From NCBI GenBank assembly GCA_051866635.1, contig JBJDXJ010000026.1, forward strand, positions 57,799 to 121,798: a stretch of 64,000 bases of DNA. The letters run 5' to 3'. Under the pieces are notes generated by a model. That model saw nothing but the letters and a program-made list of their open reading frames with translations. It was not told where the DNA came from and searched no databases. Below, piece by piece: positions 59,646 through 64,000 of this stretch. The stretch is from Clostridia bacterium. Its GTDB lineage: Bacteria; Bacillota; Clostridia; UMGS1883. The position numbers were made by a program, and so were the translations under genes. The first letter of the stretch is position 1, and every line of letters begins with the position of its first letter.

Positions 59646-61106
59646 CTACCGCCCTCTGTACCTTCTCTGCTGCCAATAATGCAGCACCGCAGGGTTCGGC
59701 ACCGCTTCCTCCGGGGTTCTCTCAATGTACATAACAGCAAAGTATCTCAAAGCGTCCACACCGTGTGTCAAATAGTGGGGGTCTTTCGCGTATATATCGG
59801 GTCTCTTTTTGTCCTTTTGTATTTTTGTCAAATCATAAACGCACTTTGCCGTGCAGTCACGGTCAAATACCAGTCTCGGGCTTTTCCCATCCTCGTGGTA
59901 TAAAAGCTCCTTAAGTGCCGCACAGCCTGCCGCAATGTCGTTACTGCTCTTTAAAAGCACAACGCCGTTTTCTAAAAACTGGTCTGCCCTGCTCCTGCCG
60001 CTTCCCGTCTCCCTGTTCCACATATCAGGCGGAGCAAATACAGCCTTGGGTTTTCCGTCACTCTCCCAATACCGCCGTATCTCCCTTGCCGCTTCGGATA
60101 TTATAAGGTCAGGGCAGTCAAACTCTCTAAATACCCTGCATTTTCCTCTTTCGTCTACCGAAATCCAGCGTATTGATAGCATATCTAAGCCATAGTCAAT
60201 GCTCTGGTAATATATAAGCCGCTTCCTCTCGCTCTCTTCCATAGGCGTAACAACGTGCACTCTCGTATCAAATTCCGGAAAAAACGCCCCACCCGGTATT
60301 GTCAGAGCCTCCTCCACCGTTGCCGGGTATTCCTGTAACGTTTTATCAATCCCTATTGCATTTACCGTTTCGTTGTACCACTTCTCGTCACGGCTCGGGT
60401 CCGCATACCAGGGTATAAAAATCCTGTTAAAACCCTTCTCCTCGTAGTTGACAACAACATCTTCAAACAGGGTTCCCCTGTTCATAGTGGAGAGCCCTAC
60501 GAATTTACCGCCGTTTTTCCTGTTAATTGTCGGGTATGCTGCCGCATATGTACTGTCTGCCTGAGCATGCGTGCCCCATTCATCAAATATCAATAAATCG
60601 CCTGAAAAACCTCTACCGCCTGCACCACTTGTGGCAAAAGCTTCCATAACACTCACCTGTCCGTCATGATGTGTTATTTCCACCTTCTCTGTCGTTGGGT
60701 TAATCTTAGCAATACCACCTTCGCCTATTAAAAAACTCATTCTTGGAAGAATAACCGTGCCGGCACGTCTTATCAGCTCTTTCGCTTCCTTTTCGCCCTG
60801 CGAAAGGATAATAACTCTATATCCCGGGTATGCAATCATCTTGCAAACCGCATACGCAACTACCAACCAAGAAAAACCCAGCTGTCTCGCTTTCAAAATC
60901 ACCGTCTTTTTGTTTTTGTCAATGGATATAATCGCTTCTTTCTGCTCGTCCCAAAACTTAAAAAGAACAACTTCGCCTTTGTCCTTATCCTCGAAATAAA
61001 CAAAGTTCTCAATAAAGGCGACAATATCCTCTTTTGCAAGCCTCAATGCTTTCTTTCTGGCTTTTTTTAAAACCTCTTTTACGTTAATTGCCGCCTTCAA
61101 TTCCAT
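59646..61106 (-). CDS. terL: Terminase large subunit
   Basis: ILKARQLGFS Walker A, LLIFDE Walker B, SIDYGLD and HGVDALRY nuclease motifs. Confidence 0.93.
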   Translation of the reverse strand: MELKAAINVKEVLKKARKKALRLAKEDIVAFIENFVYFEDKDKGEVVLFKFWDEQKEAIISIDKNKKTVILKARQLGFSWLVVAYAVCKMIAYPGYRVIILSQGEKEAKELIRRAGTVILPRMSFLIGEGGIAKINPTTEKVEITHHDGQVSVMEAFATSGAGGRGFSGDLLIFDEWGTHAQADSTYAAAYPTINRKNGGKFVGLSTMNRGTLFEDVVVNYEEKGFNRIFIPWYADPSRDEKWYNETVNAIGIDKTLQEYPATVEEALTIPGGAFFPEFDTRVHVVTPMEESERKRLIYYQSIDYGLDMLSIRWISVDERGKCRVFREFDCPDLIISEAAREIRRYWESDGKPKAVFAPPDMWNRETGSGRSRADQFLENGVVLLKSSNDIAAGCAALKELLYHEDGKSPRLVFDRDCTAKCVYDLTKIQKDKKRPDIYAKDPHYLTHGVDALRYFAVMYIERTPEEAVPNPAVLHYWQQRRYRGR

Positions 61107-61605
61107 TCACCGCCTGCAAAAGCTTTCTGTCCTCATCCGTAAGCCCCACATTTTCCGTTGCTTTTCCCCGTATCAATGCCTGCTTATCATACATGACCGC
61201 CACCGTGTTTGAAAGCTCTTTCAATGTAGGCACAGTCAGCTCTCTCGCCTGCTTCTGAAGGAGAAATTCCAACTTGTTTCTGTTCTTCTCATCAAGGTCC
61301 TTACCGTCAATTATATCCTCAATAATATCCATCAGTTCCCCTGCATCCGCCTGTGCCATGCAAAGCCTTTTTCTTATCACGTCCATACTGCCGTTTATTA
61401 TCTCCCAGGCATTTTCAACAAACTTTTCCTTTCCCTTTTTCTCTGCGCTTTCTTCTTCCTCGGTTCTCTTAGGCTCACGAGAACATATGCGTCTGGCAGC
61501 GCTCTCGCTTATCCCTGCCATTTCAGCGCATTTTCTAAAGCTCTCTCCGCTTTGCCGTGCGGCAATGACTATTTCTCTCTGTTCGTCAGTTATTCGCTTA
61601 GCCAT
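61084..61605 (-). CDS. Terminase small subunit-like HTH protein
   Basis: N-terminal HTH (SFRKCAEMAGISESAARRI); overlaps the terL start; ATG 61605 after GAGGTGAGAGG. Confidence 0.7.
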   Translation of the reverse strand: MAKRITDEQREIVIAARQSGESFRKCAEMAGISESAARRICSREPKRTEEEESAEKKGKEKFVENAWEIINGSMDVIRKRLCMAQADAGELMDIIEDIIDGKDLDEKNRNKLEFLLQKQARELTVPTLKELSNTVAVMYDKQALIRGKATENVGLTDEDRKLLQAVNGIEGGN

Positions 61606-61623
61606 TCCTCTCACCTCTATATG

Positions 61624-61656
61624 CACTATAAACCCGTTGTGAATTTCCTGCGTGCA
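61624..61656 (-). promoter_or_regulatory. Phage late-promoter motif, copy 1
   Basis: TGCACGCAGGAAATTCACAACGGGTTTATAGTG just upstream of terS. Confidence 0.8.
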
Positions 61657-61800
61657 TGAGGGGATGTAAAAATAGCCCAGACCGCAAAAAGGCAAGAATA
61701 AACACAAAATAAGTCTAATTATTCATTAAAACCACAAAATTTCTTTTCAAAGTATGCAAACATCCCATTCAAGCAATATTTTTGACTCCTTTTTGCTATC

Positions 61801-61887
61801 GACAAACCTCACCACTCGGCGTACACACGTACGCCTTCGGGCAACGGTCAAACGCAAAGCGGATATTGCGTTTTCCTTCGGTTTGTC
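61801..61887. repeat. Short structured element with terminal IR
   Basis: GACAAACC...GGTTTGTC enclosing GGCGTAC/GTACGCC and AAACGCAA/TTGCGTTT hairpins. Confidence 0.55.
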
Positions 61888-61918
61888 AATTCTGAACAAT
61901 TTTCCTATCCCCTCAAAA

Positions 61919-61956
61919 AAAGGGGCGTAAAAAACATTAGTTTTTCACACCCCTTT
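61919..61956 (-). terminator. Terminator at the end of the early/middle region
   Basis: AAAGGGGCGT-AAAAAAC...GTTTTTC-ACACCCCTTT with a T-tract on the minus strand. Confidence 0.65.
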
Positions 61957-62027
61957 AATGTATCGCGTACGCACGCATACACCCACGCGCACGCTTTCAC
62001 CATTCTTTTCAGCCAAACAAGACGGAC

Positions 62028-62246
62028 TCAGTCCGCCTGTTCCTCATCCATATTCATCGGTTCTATCCCTGCTTTCTCCAAGGCTTTATAAATACTGCAC
62101 TCAGCAAACCTCCCCGAACAAAACGGGAATACAACAAGCCTCCTTATATGTAAATCAGGAAACTTAATAACCCCGGCTCTGCATTTCATTACAAGACGGT
62201 CCCTGCTCTCCTCTTCCCAGTACGGACACAATCCATAATGCGGCAT
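62028..62246 (-). CDS. Small four-Cys phage protein upstream of terS
   Basis: ATG 62246 after GAGGAG; CPYW...KC...FC...ECSIYKAL. Confidence 0.7.
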   Translation of the reverse strand: MPHYGLCPYWEEESRDRLVMKCRAGVIKFPDLHIRRLVVFPFCSGRFAECSIYKALEKAGIEPMNMDEEQAD

Positions 62247-62328
62247 TATATTCTCCTCGCTTTCTGTTTTCGTTATAAAACGCACCACTTACAAGGCTTA
62301 AATTACACGCAAGACCCACTCTTGCATG

Positions 62329-62513
62329 TGCGATATATTTTACTTCGTAAAATTCGATATAATCTTCACCTTGTTTCGATTTCGATATATGCTCATTCCT
62401 TTCGCATTCTATATGATAAAAATTCCTTTTCTCGTCCGACAGGACATATCGAGCTGTCAGGCATATCGTATCCGTAAGGATATATCGAAAATTCTGTAAG
62501 GAATTTATATCGA
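62329..62513. repeat. Mirror array of CGATAT / ATATCG repeats with mini-hairpin spacers
   Basis: CGATAT at 62331, 62355, 62383 (CTATAT at 62409); ATATCG at 62446, 62463, 62482, 62507. Confidence 0.75.
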
Positions 62514-62516
62514 TGA

Positions 62517-63263
62517 CTAAACCGTTGTTCGGTTTAGTCTATATGTAGGTATTTTTACATATTTAAAATTTAAAAAGCCGTTTACACCTTCGTAAACGTT
62601 AACTAATTTATATCCCTTAGGGGTCTTAGGCGGCTTCTCCGGGCTGTAATTTCTCTTTATTTCGGCAGCCGCTTCCTTCTCGGGCTGGCTTACACTCTTC
62701 GTCTGTATCCATCTTTTGCCGCGCACTTCAATAGCATGGTTAAAAAGGTAATTGGCAAGCGCTGTATAATCTCTCCCATGGTCAACGCCGTCATATATAT
62801 TGTGGGCTCTTAAAGGCTCAATTCTTGTAACTGCACCGCCTGTCCACTTTTTAATTATGTAGCTCTCCCATGCACCGCTGATAACTAAATGATGGTGCAG
62901 CCTTCCGCTTTTTCTGCCATAGCCTGTAACTGCCATTATCTTCACACCCGGGAACTTGTATCTTAACTTTCTTATATACCTTTTCAAGATTTTTTCAGCT
63001 TCTTCATAGCTTTTTGGCAAATTCTCATCGTCATAGGTAAGCGTCACATACAGCCCACCGTATTGGAATGTAGCGTTCATATTTCCCATAAACCTCTTTC
63101 TGGATTGTCTTTCGTTTGCAATTTTCTTTTCCTCTTCCGTACGGGGGCGAGAGAGCTTTCTTTCAATATCACTTACATCCTTTACGCCTTCATTGGCAAT
63201 GTAAACCTCAACATCAAGCACACAGCCTGCGTATATTTTTCGTTTATACTTTCTAAGTGCCAC
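62517..63263 (-). CDS. HUH-endonuclease (rolling-circle Rep-like) protein
   Basis: Motif I YVTLTYD, motif II RLHHHLVI, motif III LANYL. Confidence 0.8.
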   Translation of the reverse strand: MALRKYKRKIYAGCVLDVEVYIANEGVKDVSDIERKLSRPRTEEEKKIANERQSRKRFMGNMNATFQYGGLYVTLTYDDENLPKSYEEAEKILKRYIRKLRYKFPGVKIMAVTGYGRKSGRLHHHLVISGAWESYIIKKWTGGAVTRIEPLRAHNIYDGVDHGRDYTALANYLFNHAIEVRGKRWIQTKSVSQPEKEAAAEIKRNYSPEKPPKTPKGYKLVNVYEGVNGFLNFKYVKIPTYRLNRTTV

Positions 63264-63393
63264 GCTCTCCGCCTCCCTGTCTATAAATGAATAATTAATA
63301 TTTAATAATTAATAATTATTGTGAATTTTCGCATTACGCGAAAATTTTCCGAAATTATTCATCATTCATTCTTCATTATTAATTATCATAATT

Positions 63394-63747
63394 TTACAAT
63401 CCGTATTTCTGTACGTACTGACCGTATGTCAAATGCTCCTTTTGTGCTTTCCTTTGTATGCTTGTAATCGTTTCCTTTTTCTCTTTTTTCTTTTTACTCT
63501 GCGGTGCTCTCACCTTCTCCCGGTTCGCATTAGCTTCTTCCCCACGGCATTTGTCGCTACAAAAATACCATTCACCGTTTTTTGGGGTAAAAATCGTACC
63601 GCACTTGGAACAATATCTTCTACTCACAATTCTTGTGCCCAAATCCACGCACGTCTTGCAAATATAGCTTCTCGCCCTGGGCTGCATAAATTTTGTGCCG
63701 CACTGTACGCAAAACCTTTCCTCTGCCTGCTTCTTCTCATATTTCAT
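63394..63747 (-). CDS. Zinc-finger phage protein
   Basis: CVQCG, CKTC, CSKCG, CSDKC; LTYGQYV C-terminus. Confidence 0.7.
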   Translation of the reverse strand: MKYEKKQAEERFCVQCGTKFMQPRARSYICKTCVDLGTRIVSRRYCSKCGTIFTPKNGEWYFCSDKCRGEEANANREKVRAPQSKKKKEKKETITSIQRKAQKEHLTYGQYVQKYGL

Positions 63748-63886
63748 TGCACCTTTTACACCTCTTTACTCTTCCGTCTATTTGTGCCTTCAGCCACATA
63801 TTATATTTTTTGCAGTAGGCACACCGAAGCTTACGTTTTTTATGTACTGTAATCAAATAGCCGCATTTATCATTGCATACTGCCAT
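63737..63886 (-). CDS. Small Cys-rich phage protein
   Basis: ATG 63886 after AAGGGGAG; CNDKC, CAYC, CKRC. Confidence 0.55.
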   Translation of the reverse strand: MAVCNDKCGYLITVHKKRKLRCAYCKKYNMWLKAQIDGRVKRCKRCNEI

Positions 63887-64000
63887 AATGTTCTCCCCTT
63901 TTTTGAAGTAATAAGTAAAAGTGAATAAGTAATAAGTTTGATAGATTTTCGCCATATGCGAAAATCCTCCTTACTTCTTCACTATTCACTATTACCTCTT

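Larger units (their letters stand above)
34734..64000 (-). mobile_element. Prophage with podovirus-like morphogenesis genes, integrated at tRNA-Lys, extending beyond the window
   Basis: Co-oriented terminase, portal, scaffold, capsid, tail, holin and endolysin genes; tRNA fragment at the boundary; no recognisable tail-tube or tape-measure cassette. Confidence 0.9.

Noticed and set aside
62329-62513. CRISPR or mini-array
   Set aside because: Repeats are only 6-8 bp, switch orientation midway, and no cas genes are present
47434-64000. Diversity-generating retroelement or invertible tail-fibre system
   Set aside because: No reverse transcriptase, invertase, or TR/VR pair differing at adenines was seen in the window
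34905-64000. Stop-codon recoding in the prophage
   Set aside because: Genes are long and tightly packed under the standard code, and TAA, TAG and TGA all serve as stops

Overview
AT-rich Clostridia-type (Bacillota) chromosome; the taxon is inferred from gene content and promoter style. Bases 1-34.7 kb are host DNA: an SH3/NlpC-P60 peptidase, rsmD, yebC, an aspS-asnA-asnS cluster, sbcDC, pstSCAB-phoU-phoP-phoR with Pho boxes, a CotH-family secreted protein, a MocR regulator with an ECF S component, two tandem multimodular GH43 enzymes with a divergent AraC regulator, and a TetR-rsgA-methyltransferase operon. At 34734-34782 a 3' fragment of tRNA-Lys(UUU) marks the att boundary of a prophage that runs past the right edge. 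All its recognised genes are on the minus strand: HUH Rep, terS/terL, portal, scaffold, capsid, podovirus-type tail genes, holins, CHAP endolysin and a 2977-aa polyvalent (probably ejected) protein. Most notable observations: (i) a 20-33 bp late-promoter motif in front of three phage operons, with a candidate small Cys-rich activator; (ii) the giant protein's HExxH peptidase and an RYS/KYS-bounded nuclease-like cassette; (iii) a C-terminal domain shared by two unrelated secreted host proteins, possibly an anchoring or sorting module; (iv) several structured MITE/REP-like repeats, including a mirror-symmetric CGATAT/ATATCG array next to the Rep gene. All calls come from reading motifs; no database searches were run.
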